The notes beneath the pieces were generated by a model. The model had not been told where the DNA came from. It saw only the letters and a list, made by a program, of their open reading frames with translations, and did not search any database. 64,000 bases of DNA from Candidatus Bathyarchaeia archaeon (GTDB lineage Archaea; Thermoproteota; Bathyarchaeia; Bathyarchaeales; Bathycorpusculaceae): assembly GCA_050015395.1 (NCBI GenBank), contig JBEKBM010000005.1, forward strand, positions 57,997 through 121,996, in the 5' to 3' direction. The translations under genes were made by a program, and so were the position numbers. Shown here piece after piece: positions 10,685 through 19,245 of this stretch; within the stretch, counting starts at the first letter, position 1; each line of letters starts with the position of its first letter.

Positions 10685-11351
10685 GCTTATCCCCTAAACC
10701 ATTCGATGGACAGTAAGTGTTCACCGGGCACTCTGGACAAAGCGGCTGCCTTGCCTTGCAGTATTTTCTGCCGTGCGCAATCAACAGCAAATGGACCGCC
10801 AAGTAATCTTTCGGGTCAAAAAGTGACTGGAGACTTAAGCGCACTTCCTCGTAACCGCCGTTTGCAGGCGCTAAACCAAGCCGTTTCGATACCCGATTCA
10901 CATGCGTATCCACAGGAATGGTTGGTTGATTTGCTGAGAAGAGCAAGACAACATCCGCTGTTTTCGGTCCAATTCCAGGCAGTTCAATGAGGGTTTTTCT
11001 AGCTTCGTCTAAAGGCAACGATAAAACGGGTTTTAGTGAGCCGTGAAATTTTTCCAGAATTATTTTTGAAATTGTTTGTATTGTTTTGGCTTTGCTTTTG
11101 TAGAGACCGCCAACGTGAAGGCAAGCTTCAATCTTGCTTGTTTCGGCTTTTGATAGTGCTTGAGGCGTTATTTCGAACTGCTTCGAGAGGTTTTCGAAGG
11201 CTCTTTCAGTATTGCGGTCAGCAGTGTTCTGTGAAATAATCGTTATAACTAAGGTTTCGAACGGGTCGTTTTTTGGTTTAACCAATTTAGGCACGGCTAC
11301 CGTGTCCTGTAATATATGCAAGATCGTTGCCGCACGAGTGTCCGCCATCAT
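10677..11351 (-). CDS. nth: Endonuclease III (HhH-GPD, 4Fe-4S)
   Basis: LPGIGPKTA helix-hairpin-helix, VDTHV, C-x6-C-x2-C-x5-C. Confidence 0.95.
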   Translation of the reverse strand: MMADTRAATILHILQDTVAVPKLVKPKNDPFETLVITIISQNTADRNTERAFENLSKQFEITPQALSKAETSKIEACLHVGGLYKSKAKTIQTISKIILEKFHGSLKPVLSLPLDEARKTLIELPGIGPKTADVVLLFSANQPTIPVDTHVNRVSKRLGLAPANGGYEEVRLSLQSLFDPKDYLAVHLLLIAHGRKYCKARQPLCPECPVNTYCPSNGLGDKHD

Positions 11352-11502
11352 TGTGCCTTCAAAGGTCTTGAAAATATTGTCCCCAACTATTGATTTGCCA
11401 AGTTATAAATATCATCTGCATAAAAAAAGCATGAATCTTTGAAACTATCCTTAAAGCTTAATGGTCTCTGTAATTTACCTGTTTCTTAATAGCCCTAATG
11501 TA

Positions 11503-12111
11503 CTATAAGGTGACAAAATTACCCTTTATCTCTTTGCTGTAATCAATGGATATCAGTGTGAAACCGTTGTTGGTTTTGGTTGGTGGGGTATTTTTTGCAT
11601 CATGAAAGAACAGTAAAACATTCTTGATATTATCAGGTGAGAAATTCGGGCAATGTTCTTGTAACTTGCTTAAAACAGATTCAAGGTTTCTTGCCAAAAG
11701 ACTGTTTCTTGCTATGGTTTTTTTCTCGAACTTAAAGTCTTTTTGATGTTCGTCTATGAAGGTCTGCCAATTACCGTAATATTTTTTGTTCCAATGTGTT
11801 AGATACCATGAAAAAACTTCATGCCTTAGCGTTTGTTCGTCTCTTAGCATTAATTCATCCTTATTGAATTCTGTGAGATTATCCCATTTACTTTCTATCA
11901 AGTATATGTTTTTCCTTGAGGCAAGTATAGCGTCAAATTCGCCAAATACTGAACTATTCGCTTTGCCGTGTCTTCCAAAACTTGGGCGATAGAAAATAAG
12001 GCAATCTGAGAGTGTGGTTTTGTCCTGAAACTCTTCCAAGATTTTAGATACATGATGTTTCAATGCCCATAGTGTAAGGGCATCTTCACCATATCCCAGT
12101 ATTTTACTCAT
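11503..12111 (-). CDS. Hypothetical protein, probable PD-(D/E)XK nuclease fold
   Basis: E...GEFD-x11-IESK pattern; AT-rich island context. Confidence 0.55.
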   Translation of the reverse strand: MSKILGYGEDALTLWALKHHVSKILEEFQDKTTLSDCLIFYRPSFGRHGKANSSVFGEFDAILASRKNIYLIESKWDNLTEFNKDELMLRDEQTLRHEVFSWYLTHWNKKYYGNWQTFIDEHQKDFKFEKKTIARNSLLARNLESVLSKLQEHCPNFSPDNIKNVLLFFHDAKNTPPTKTNNGFTLISIDYSKEIKGNFVTL

Positions 12112-12133
12112 TTTTTTACCTTAATGCTATTTT

Positions 12134-12153
12134 TACGCTATGCAGATTTAAGA
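12134..12153. repeat. 20-bp island repeat, copy 1 (TACGCTATGCAGATTTAAGA)
   Basis: Identical to 13899-13918; one mismatch to 12742-12761. Confidence 0.9.
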
Positions 12154-12241
12154 GTTGTTGCCTTTCAATAGCACAACAGTCTAAAAGATTTAACCTGAAA
12201 AACTTTTAAGCAAAATGAGATTCAAGTAAATAGGGAAATAT

Positions 12242-12733
12242 TTGACAATATGTTATAAAGAAATATTAGACAAAAATACCGTACTTACTTTGAAAATTTC
12301 AGAGCTGTCAGGTCGTCATACTTTTTTCGACGTTAAAGCTTTTCTAACTGAAGGGGTAACTCTTAAAGATATTAAAGAAATTGGAAAAGCTTGTATCAGT
12401 GTAGATGGAAAAAAATGTGCAAAATTACTTGATATTTATGTGAATAAATCTTATCGTCATAGAGGTATTGGAAGCAAGATGCTAAAATTAATGGTTGATT
12501 ATATAACTGATGGAACAGCAAAAGAAGTTCATGGCGACATAACAGCTTCAGAGGATTTGAGGAAGGCAATTGACTTCTATACGAAAAATGGTTTCATTAT
12601 TGATGAGTTTGTTTTATCTGAAGGCAAACATACTGTAGTCAACCTTGCCCTAAACAAACCCAAGTTTGGGGAGTTTTTCAATTTATATGAAGTTGAAAGA
12701 ATAACGAGAGGGTTATTCTATAAGCTATGTTAA
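12242..12733 (+). CDS. GNAT-family N-acetyltransferase
   Basis: Motif A IYVNKSYRHRGIGSKML; motif B AIDFYTKNGF. Confidence 0.85.
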   Translation: MTICYKEILDKNTVLTLKISELSGRHTFFDVKAFLTEGVTLKDIKEIGKACISVDGKKCAKLLDIYVNKSYRHRGIGSKMLKLMVDYITDGTAKEVHGDITASEDLRKAIDFYTKNGFIIDEFVLSEGKHTVVNLALNKPKFGEFFNLYEVERITRGLFYKLC

Positions 12734-12741
12734 CTCTTGTT

Positions 12742-12761
12742 TACACTATGCAGATTTAAGA
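12742..12761. repeat. 20-bp island repeat, copy 2 (TACACTATGCAGATTTAAGA)
   Basis: Lies between converging genes, in the same orientation as the other two copies. Confidence 0.9.
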
Positions 12762-12789
12762 CTTATCGTTTAGATTTTTTAAGATGTAT

Positions 12790-13878
12790 TCACTCGTGCA
12801 GCCATTCTATTAACTCATCTTGTCTATGATTCTTTCCAAATTTTCTCAAATCCTTAGGGGTAACATTATCAGATAGACCAATTTTCTCTGCACTATTATG
12901 TATGCGTTCTTCAATCTGTCTTGGGCTGATACATAGAAGCCTATTATCACTACTTGAAATGTTCTTCTCTATCAAAGGTTTAGCAATCTTGACAGTCTCT
13001 TCATTAATGCTAATTATTTTGATATCAGTATGAAAATCATATGAACCTTTAGAATCTTGTCTAACGAATATTTTTCCCAAGCTCCTTACAGGGATAGGCT
13101 TTTCTAACAAAAGCAGTCTTATCAAAATCTTGTCTTTTAATGGGGCACTTTGGTATAATCTGATGACATCTTTAACACGCATTGGCTCGACATTTTTCTT
13201 AGCAATAGCAATTTCTTTTTCAAATTTTAGCTTTTCAATTTTCATTTTGTTAGCTAACTCTTTTTCATTCTCATGTTCAAAATAACTAACTATTTGTCCT
13301 AAGTAATTGACAACCGTTTTCGGTAACTCTTTTTTAGACAATTTAGAAACAAAACGAGTAATATCTCTAATTTCAATATCTGAACTTGGGTTTTCTCGGG
13401 ATAAGATATATTGTTGCCAATGTCTAAGAGAGGTTTCTGCTAATTTCTTTGAGGATGGTTTACTGTGGGCGTAGACTCTATCTAAATAATCCCTCATTCC
13501 CCCTGCTGTGATTTCGGGAAGCTCTGATTCACGCTTAAGCATTTTTCTTAATTCCTCTTTTTTCTTTTCATACTTCGGTTTTTCCACTTCGTAGACTTTT
13601 ATTTCAGAAAGAATAGAACCATTTTTTTCACTTCGTTTCTTTAAAGATTCTTCATGGTCAGCCATGATATGGTCTAAAGCGATAGCCTGAGCCTTATCTT
13701 CGCCATATATTTTCCCAAAAGTCTTGCCTACAAGAATTATAGTTTTTTCATCATGTCGAAATTCCCTATGGATACCAGCGTAGTGTCTTGCGGGTTCATC
13801 TAACCAAATATGAATGTCTTTTCCTTCCACTCCATAGCGTTTCAATGAATGTTTACAATGTTCTTCGAGATTTGGCAT
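12790..13878 (-). CDS. Fusion of a His-rich DUF6915-like N-terminal domain and a degenerate tyrosine-recombinase-like region
   Basis: N-terminal EEHC...IHxWLD...HRxxRH...DHIxAD; central SAM-like helices (KTVVNYLGQIVSYF); C-terminal RQIEERI...AEKIGL...VTPKDLRK; no catalytic Tyr region. Confidence 0.55.
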   Translation of the reverse strand: MPNLEEHCKHSLKRYGVEGKDIHIWLDEPARHYAGIHREFRHDEKTIILVGKTFGKIYGEDKAQAIALDHIMADHEESLKKRSEKNGSILSEIKVYEVEKPKYEKKKEELRKMLKRESELPEITAGGMRDYLDRVYAHSKPSSKKLAETSLRHWQQYILSRENPSSDIEIRDITRFVSKLSKKELPKTVVNYLGQIVSYFEHENEKELANKMKIEKLKFEKEIAIAKKNVEPMRVKDVIRLYQSAPLKDKILIRLLLLEKPIPVRSLGKIFVRQDSKGSYDFHTDIKIISINEETVKIAKPLIEKNISSSDNRLLCISPRQIEERIHNSAEKIGLSDNVTPKDLRKFGKNHRQDELIEWLHE

Positions 13879-13898
13879 TCAAATCAGTTCTTCTATTC

Positions 13899-13918
13899 TA
13901 CGCTATGCAGATTTAAGA
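13899..13918. repeat. 20-bp island repeat, copy 3 (TACGCTATGCAGATTTAAGA)
   Basis: 20 bp upstream of the 13878 start codon; identical to copy 1. Confidence 0.9.
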
Positions 13919-13961
13919 CTTTTTACCATAGGAAAACTTGAGATGTGAGGCTTATTCTAAT

Positions 13962-14324
13962 TCAGCTTTTTATATATAATTTTCCACAATGTACACATTC
14001 GAGTGCATTAGCGATTTTTGTTGAGGGTTTAAAAGTACTTCCTCCACACTCCTCACAATCCACGGGTTTGAACCCCTCACCTTTCATAGCCAAGAACTTT
14101 TCTATGATTTCTTTTGTAGAATATACTAATTTCAGACCTGAACCTTCTTTGAAAAATGCTATGCGCTTAATTTCTCTTTGAGGCGTGGGAGTACCTTCTG
14201 CCTTGATTAAAAAGACCTTGTGGTTATCTCGAAAAGACCCTCTGCCCTTAAAGTCTTTGTGAAGTCTGCCTTTGTAGGAAAATTCTTGGCAAAAAATTCT
14301 TTGTAAATTACTATAAAAAGCCAA
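13962..14324 (-). CDS. Hypothetical protein with C-terminal Zn ribbon
   Basis: CEECG...CVHCG; directly downstream of the 14332-15039 ORF. Confidence 0.6.
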   Translation of the reverse strand: MAFYSNLQRIFCQEFSYKGRLHKDFKGRGSFRDNHKVFLIKAEGTPTPQREIKRIAFFKEGSGLKLVYSTKEIIEKFLAMKGEGFKPVDCEECGGSTFKPSTKIANALECVHCGKLYIKS

Positions 14325-14331
14325 AGAACGT

Positions 14332-15039
14332 TTAGAGTTCTTCTTTTTTGGCTTTATATTTCTTTAAGACTTCATCAATTGATTCTGTATCTTTGCTTTC
14401 CTTAAGAACTTGATATCCAATAGTCCAGTGCTTAAGAGATTCAGCTATCCTTGAAACGTCTCTTCTTATGGTTTCAAGAGATTTTCCCTCAGTTAATTCT
14501 AAAGCTTTAAACATATAAGAGAATGCTGCCGCTAACGGTTCCTCCTGATGTAACATTATCCATTTCTGTACTGTATCTTTGATTGCAAGCAATTCATCCA
14601 AAAGGTCCTCTTTTTCCATTTCTTGTTTACTTATCTTTTCAAGTTTATCGATCATAAACTTGCTAAAACCTACTGCTTCTAATCCCAGCGCCTTCTCGTA
14701 AGGGTCTTCGATAGTTTTAGTAATTTGGAGAATTTGCTCAGTATCTCTGACAGGAATTGTAATTCTGAGTTGATAATTTACAGGGTACTTTTCAAAGATA
14801 GTTTTAACTTCTTCAAGATTCCTTTGAGATATCTCTATTACACCATCGGTCAATTTTCGATGAGGTATTTTAGAAAGAAATCCATCTTTGTTTCTACCGT
14901 ATAATTCATCATGAAATTTAGTCTTAAGTTTGGCATCTTCTGAAGAGAGGCCATATATAATTATTATATTAGCCTTGGTTAATTTCTCGCATCCCTCTAC
15001 TTGCATCTTATTTGCATCTCTACTCGCATTTACTATCAT
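14332..15039 (-). CDS. Hypothetical protein; N-terminal Cas2/VapD-like ferredoxin-fold candidate plus helical domain
   Basis: IIIYGL...KFHDELYGR...GFL...KL.DGVIEI...EEVKTIFEKYPV pattern; the fold call is inference. Confidence 0.5.
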   Translation of the reverse strand: MIVNASRDANKMQVEGCEKLTKANIIIIYGLSSEDAKLKTKFHDELYGRNKDGFLSKIPHRKLTDGVIEISQRNLEEVKTIFEKYPVNYQLRITIPVRDTEQILQITKTIEDPYEKALGLEAVGFSKFMIDKLEKISKQEMEKEDLLDELLAIKDTVQKWIMLHQEEPLAAAFSYMFKALELTEGKSLETIRRDVSRIAESLKHWTIGYQVLKESKDTESIDEVLKKYKAKKEEL

Positions 15040-15402
15040 AGTAGTAATTACTTGATTTTATATAAGTGTTTCATTGCAACACAAATAAAACTATTGTGTT
15101 TTCAACAAGATATTTGGGCATCCTAAATGAACTTCCTTGACCCTTCTGTTTCAGCCATATCATGTAGTCATGTCTGTTTTGCGGGTGGCTGAACTGTAAG
15201 TGTCCGTTTTTGGCATGGGTGAATTGTTGTTTGATTGGCGGTTTAACACACCTGTAGCAGAGCGGGTTGCGTGGCACCCGAACTCTTTTGTTTCTCGGTT
15301 GAGACGGTCAGAAGGCAAATGAAACATTAACTAAATCCGTCTACGTTTAGTAGAGCAAAAAGCGTTATATGCTAAAAAATTAATTAAGTTCTGAGAAAAG
15401 CA

Positions 15403-15563
15403 ATGACAATTGAAGTTGATTTAAAAGAAATAAAATCTCTACTTTCCGAAGTTAACAGCAAACTCATCCCTCAAGGATTTTCTTGAAGGGGAACCTGGCA
15501 TTTACTCGCTTAAAGACATCAAGGCAAAGGTAAACAGTAATTGAAGGAAAAAAGTTCTCATTC
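15403..15563 (+). pseudogene. Internally deleted copy of the 17066-17583 antitoxin/MazF operon 5' region
   Basis: Near-identical to 17066-17282 but with an internal deletion; homology stops a few codons into the toxin. Confidence 0.85.
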
Positions 15564-15663
15564 AACATAAAGTCAAGCTTGCTTTTTAAAATTGGTTTGG
15601 GGCAACAGTAATAGTTAAGTTGTACCTGCTGCAATGTACTACTTGAAAGGTTGAAGTTGAACT

Positions 15664-15894
15664 ATGGAAGAAGTGCTTGTAACCCGTAAAGGGCAAATTA
15701 CGGTTCCTATTGCCTTGAGGCGCAAATATGGAATAAAAGAAGGCATGAAAATCACTGTCCAAGACTCAGGCTCAAGTATAGTCCTCAAAGTTGTGCCCAA
15801 GTTTGAAGATCTTATCGGTATAGATGCTGGAAAAAAAGATATCAAAAAAACGATAGAAAAGCTGGATAAAATGCGCTCCGAAGATAGATACTAA
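15664..15894 (+). CDS. AbrB/MazE/SpoVT-family antitoxin
   Basis: VTRKGQITVPxxLRRKYGIKEG; overlaps the PIN toxin start. Confidence 0.92.
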   Translation: MEEVLVTRKGQITVPIALRRKYGIKEGMKITVQDSGSSIVLKVVPKFEDLIGIDAGKKDIKKTIEKLDKMRSEDRY

Positions 15895-16298
15895 TGAAAG
15901 CCGTCATTGACACCCGATTCTTTATGACTAGTCTTGAGAGCAAGGACGCGCAATTCGAAAAATGGGCGAAAGCAACCCTACAAACACTTCAAACAAAAGC
16001 AAACGTGGGTATTGTGCCATCGATAGTCATACACGAGTTCTATAAGCTTCAACTAGAAGACTCTGGCAAAGACATTGCAGAATTGCGAACAAGCTCCATT
16101 CTCAAATTAGACCTTGAAATTGCAGATCTTGGTGTACCAGTTGCAATCGAAGCTGCCAAACTCCGATGCAAATACACCGAGCTGCCAACAGCCGACGCCA
16201 TAATAGCAGCAACAGCAATTGCAATGTCCTGCGACTACGTCTTAACCGACGATAAACATATCAAACAAATTAAAGAAACCAAAACAAACTGGATCTAG
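15894..16298 (+). CDS. vapC: PIN-domain VapC toxin
   Basis: VIDT...IHEF...ADAIIAATA...VLTDDKH. Confidence 0.92.
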   Translation: MKAVIDTRFFMTSLESKDAQFEKWAKATLQTLQTKANVGIVPSIVIHEFYKLQLEDSGKDIAELRTSSILKLDLEIADLGVPVAIEAAKLRCKYTELPTADAIIAATAIAMSCDYVLTDDKHIKQIKETKTNWI

Positions 16299-16309
16299 GC
16301 GAGAACGTT

Positions 16310-16522
16310 ATGACCTATAAAATCAAATATGATGATGACTCCGATGTGCTTACCATTGTTGTGAAAGAGAAAGGCAAGCTTTCACATGCTGAAGAGGTAG
16401 GCGACATTATACTGCACGTTGATGACAAGGGTGAACCGCTTTTCTTAGAGATTCTTAGGGCCAGCAAGATAGTTCCGCTTATGGTTGAAGGCTTAGCGAA
16501 AAAAGAAGTAACCGTAGCCTAA
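16310..16522 (+). CDS. DUF2283-family protein (orphan antitoxin-like)
   Basis: IKYDxxSDVLxI...DIILHVDDKGEPLFLEILRAS. Confidence 0.85.
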   Translation: MTYKIKYDDDSDVLTIVVKEKGKLSHAEEVGDIILHVDDKGEPLFLEILRASKIVPLMVEGLAKKEVTVA

Positions 16523-16529
16523 ACCAAAG

Positions 16530-16615
16530 CCGCTGACAACAATAAAATCAGAACCTGACCTCAAATAAGTCTTCTCTAAAGCTTCAAGTTCTCTTTCCCT
16601 ATCATAGAACTTCAT
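16530..16615 (-). pseudogene. N-terminal remnant of an archaeal AAA ATPase (ATPase_2-type)
   Basis: MKFYDRERELEALEKTY...FIVVSG, then homology breaks just before the expected Walker A. Confidence 0.7.
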
Positions 16616-17065
16616 GCATAGTCACTTTATCCAATTTCAGGATAATCCTATAACTGGATAAATCCTAAATAAACCATTCGCTAACGTTAGCATTAGTCTT
16701 GGCGAATTTCAGGACCAAAGTCGCTAAAAAGGCGTGGACAAAAAAGACTTTGCTTTGTCTGAATGTGGAAACATGGCAGCGCCTATACCTGAAGGGGGCA
16801 TTTGCATGCTGCGTGCTACTGCTAAAGTTAGTGCCCATGTCATGTCGTCGTGGCTGTTTTGTGGGGGCTGAATTGTAGGCGTCACGTGGTCTCCAGAGGA
16901 GGAAACGTCCGCGTTACAGCATGCGGCACACGACGTCTTTTATTTATAGATTTTGAGACGGGTTGGAAGGCAAACAAACCTTGTAAATGAAGTCTGTTAT
17001 TCTTTATGTTTTGAAGAGCAATAAGTGTTATAAGCTAAAAAATTAATTAAGTTCTTAGAAAAGCA

Positions 17066-17260
17066 ATGACAATTGAAGTTGATTTAAAAGAAATAAAATC
17101 ACTACTTTCTGAGGTTAATAGCAAACTCGATTCGTTACTTGAAGAAAAAGACACCTGTGCGCTCATGACTTTGGAAGAGAAGTCGCTTAAGGATTTTCTT
17201 GAAGGGGAACCTGATATTTACTCGGTTAAAGATATCAAAGCAAAGGTTAAAGGTAATTGA
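17066..17260 (+). CDS. Putative antitoxin of the MazF/PemK pair
   Basis: Acidic 64 aa, SLKDFLEGEPDIYS motif, overlaps the toxin start. Confidence 0.75.
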   Translation: MTIEVDLKEIKSLLSEVNSKLDSLLEEKDTCALMTLEEKSLKDFLEGEPDIYSVKDIKAKVKGN

Positions 17261-17583
17261 AGGGAAAAATAGTTCTTATTCCTTTTCCGTTTACTGATTT
17301 AACTTCAACTAAGTTAAGGCCTGCACTTGTGTTATATGAAGGCGAAAAAGATGTTGTAGTAGCTTTCATTTCCTCAAGAATAACGAAGACAAGACCTGCT
17401 GATGTACTGATTGATGAGGGTCACTCAGAATTCAAGAAAACCGGACTCAAGTTATCATCAACTGTAAAACTTGACAAGATAGCAACAATCTCGAAAGAAT
17501 TGATTCTTGGAGAAATCGGCGAAATCGGTCCAAAACTTAAGAAAGAAATAAACAGCAAGATCTCAAAAACACTCATGCTCTAA
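17257..17583 (+). CDS. mazF: PemK/MazF-family toxin
   Basis: GKIVLIPFPFTD...KLRPALV...VVAFISS...TGLK..S.VKLDKI. Confidence 0.92.
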   Translation: MKGKIVLIPFPFTDLTSTKLRPALVLYEGEKDVVVAFISSRITKTRPADVLIDEGHSEFKKTGLKLSSTVKLDKIATISKELILGEIGEIGPKLKKEINSKISKTLML

Positions 17584-17772
17584 ATCAAGCGTTTATTTGT
17601 GCATTTTTGGTGAAAAGTCTTTTTAGCTTCATCTGCACACTACTGCATTATGCCATCTTTAAAAAAGAAGAATGCTGCGAAAAAAGCAAAGCATGAAGCA
17701 AAAACGGGCAAGTAAGATAGCTCCCATTTTATTCTCTCTGCTGTTAGAGTCTGGCGATAGATTAAGTTTTGT

Positions 17773-18008
17773 TTAGCACCATTTTGTTTTAAGGTTCTCT
17801 ATTTCTTTAAAGTGATTATCATCTGAAAAAAGAGAGCATTCATAAATTTGAGCTGTGGCTGCGATTACGCTGTCAGCCATTGGCATCTTGTGCTGGGTCC
17901 TTATTTCCGCGCTTTTCACTGCAGTTTTATAATCGACACCAACAATTTTGAAGTCACGCTTTATGGTGTTGCTTCTTAAGGCCGCAACATCCTTGCCTTC
18001 TCTCTTAC
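17773..18008 (-). pseudogene. C-terminal half of a VapC PIN toxin
   Basis: Manual translation ...KTAVKSAEIRTQHKMPMADSVIAATAQIYECSLFSDDNHFKEIENLKTKWC*; N-terminus missing. Confidence 0.8.
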
Positions 18009-18234
18009 GAAAAGTATTGCCAAACTATTGGTTTACGAAGGCTATAAATGTCGTCTCAAGAAAAACCGAACTTAAATGGAAATTTTAAAGTGAAGGACGG
18101 GATGTCGCGAAAGCATCCTCGCAGGCTAATGCTTGCCTGCTTGTCTATTAGGCTCTTCTAGATGTCCCTATTATGCTCCCAGAGCAGTTTACCCCTGTTT
18201 CCGCCATTTGTCCCCAACCAATCCAGCTGCGTTT

Positions 18235-18344
18235 CAAGCCCTAAACTATAAAAGCAACCCAAAGCAATCCCTTCCAAAAAACTGCTGACCTATAGACCTA
18301 CTCTACTATTTGTGCAAAAATTTTGCCACAAAAAGCAAACAAAA
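18235..18344 (-). repeat. Dispersed ~110-bp intergenic repeat, copy A
   Basis: Reverse complement contains CAAATAGTAGAGTAGGTCTATAGG and TTTGGGTTGCTTTTATAGTTTAGGGCTTG, matching copies B and C. Confidence 0.8.
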
Positions 18345-18509
18345 GCAAGAAATTCTCTAGATAAAACCTCAAAACCAAGTCGAGGCGCATTTTGAAACAT
18401 AAAAACTTTGAAGCGTTCGGAAACTGAAATTTGCTTTTAATAGGAAAGGTTTTTAGTTTGGTTATTATATGAGACTGTGAAAAGTGTATAGTAAAGTGAG
18501 GTTAACATT

Positions 18510-19238
18510 ATGTCAGTGTTTGCAGCACCAGGAGCATATGACCGTGCGATAACCGTTTTCTCGCCTGACGGACGACTCTTCCAAGTCGAATACGCAATGG
18601 AGTTAGTCAACCGTGGAGCCACCATTTTAGGCATCCAGAGTCCAGAAGGACTTGTTCTTGGTTCAGAAGAAAATATAGAGACCCTTGAAGAAGCAGGTTA
18701 CTCATGGAAAATCTTCAGGGTAGACGACCACATCGGCGCAGCAATAGTGGGTTTAAGCTCAGACGCCAGAATACTCATCGACCAAGCAAGAATATACGCT
18801 CAAAGTAACAAATTAACCTATGATGAACCCATAGATGTAGAAGTCGTAACCAAACGCATCTGTGACATCCAACAAATGTACACGCAGCATGCCGGTGTCA
18901 GACCCTTCGGAGTTTCAATAATTTTCGGAGGAGTCGACAAAACAGGAACAAGAGTTTTCGGGACACATCCAAGCGGAACCTACAGAGGATACAAAGCTAC
19001 GGCCTTAGGCGCAGGACGAGAAACTGTCGTATCAGTTCTAAAGGAAGAATACCGTGAAGACTTGACTTTAGAAAAAGGCATTAAACTCGCAGTAAAATGC
19101 TTAGTTAAAGCCCTAGACGCAAGGCAGTTGCCTGCAAGAATAAAGATTGCGGTCATACCTGTTGCAACCAATAAAATGGAAATGTTAAGTGACGACGCTG
19201 TAGAAGGCTACATCAAAGAGCTGGGTTCAAGCAAGTGA
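18510..19238 (+). CDS. psmA: Proteasome alpha subunit
   Basis: YDRAITVFSPDGRLFQVEYA, RPFGVS. Confidence 0.98.
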   Translation: MSVFAAPGAYDRAITVFSPDGRLFQVEYAMELVNRGATILGIQSPEGLVLGSEENIETLEEAGYSWKIFRVDDHIGAAIVGLSSDARILIDQARIYAQSNKLTYDEPIDVEVVTKRICDIQQMYTQHAGVRPFGVSIIFGGVDKTGTRVFGTHPSGTYRGYKATALGAGRETVVSVLKEEYREDLTLEKGIKLAVKCLVKALDARQLPARIKIAVIPVATNKMEMLSDDAVEGYIKELGSSK

Positions 19239-19245
19239 AAACTCG

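Noticed and set aside
11410-11422. Inverted partial copy (ATCTGCATA) of the island repeat near the nth promoter
   Set aside because: Only 9 bp match in AT-rich DNA; compatible with chance.
12134-13918. The 20-bp repeats as a CRISPR array
   Set aside because: Spacing is 0.6-1.2 kb with whole genes between copies, and no cas operon is present.
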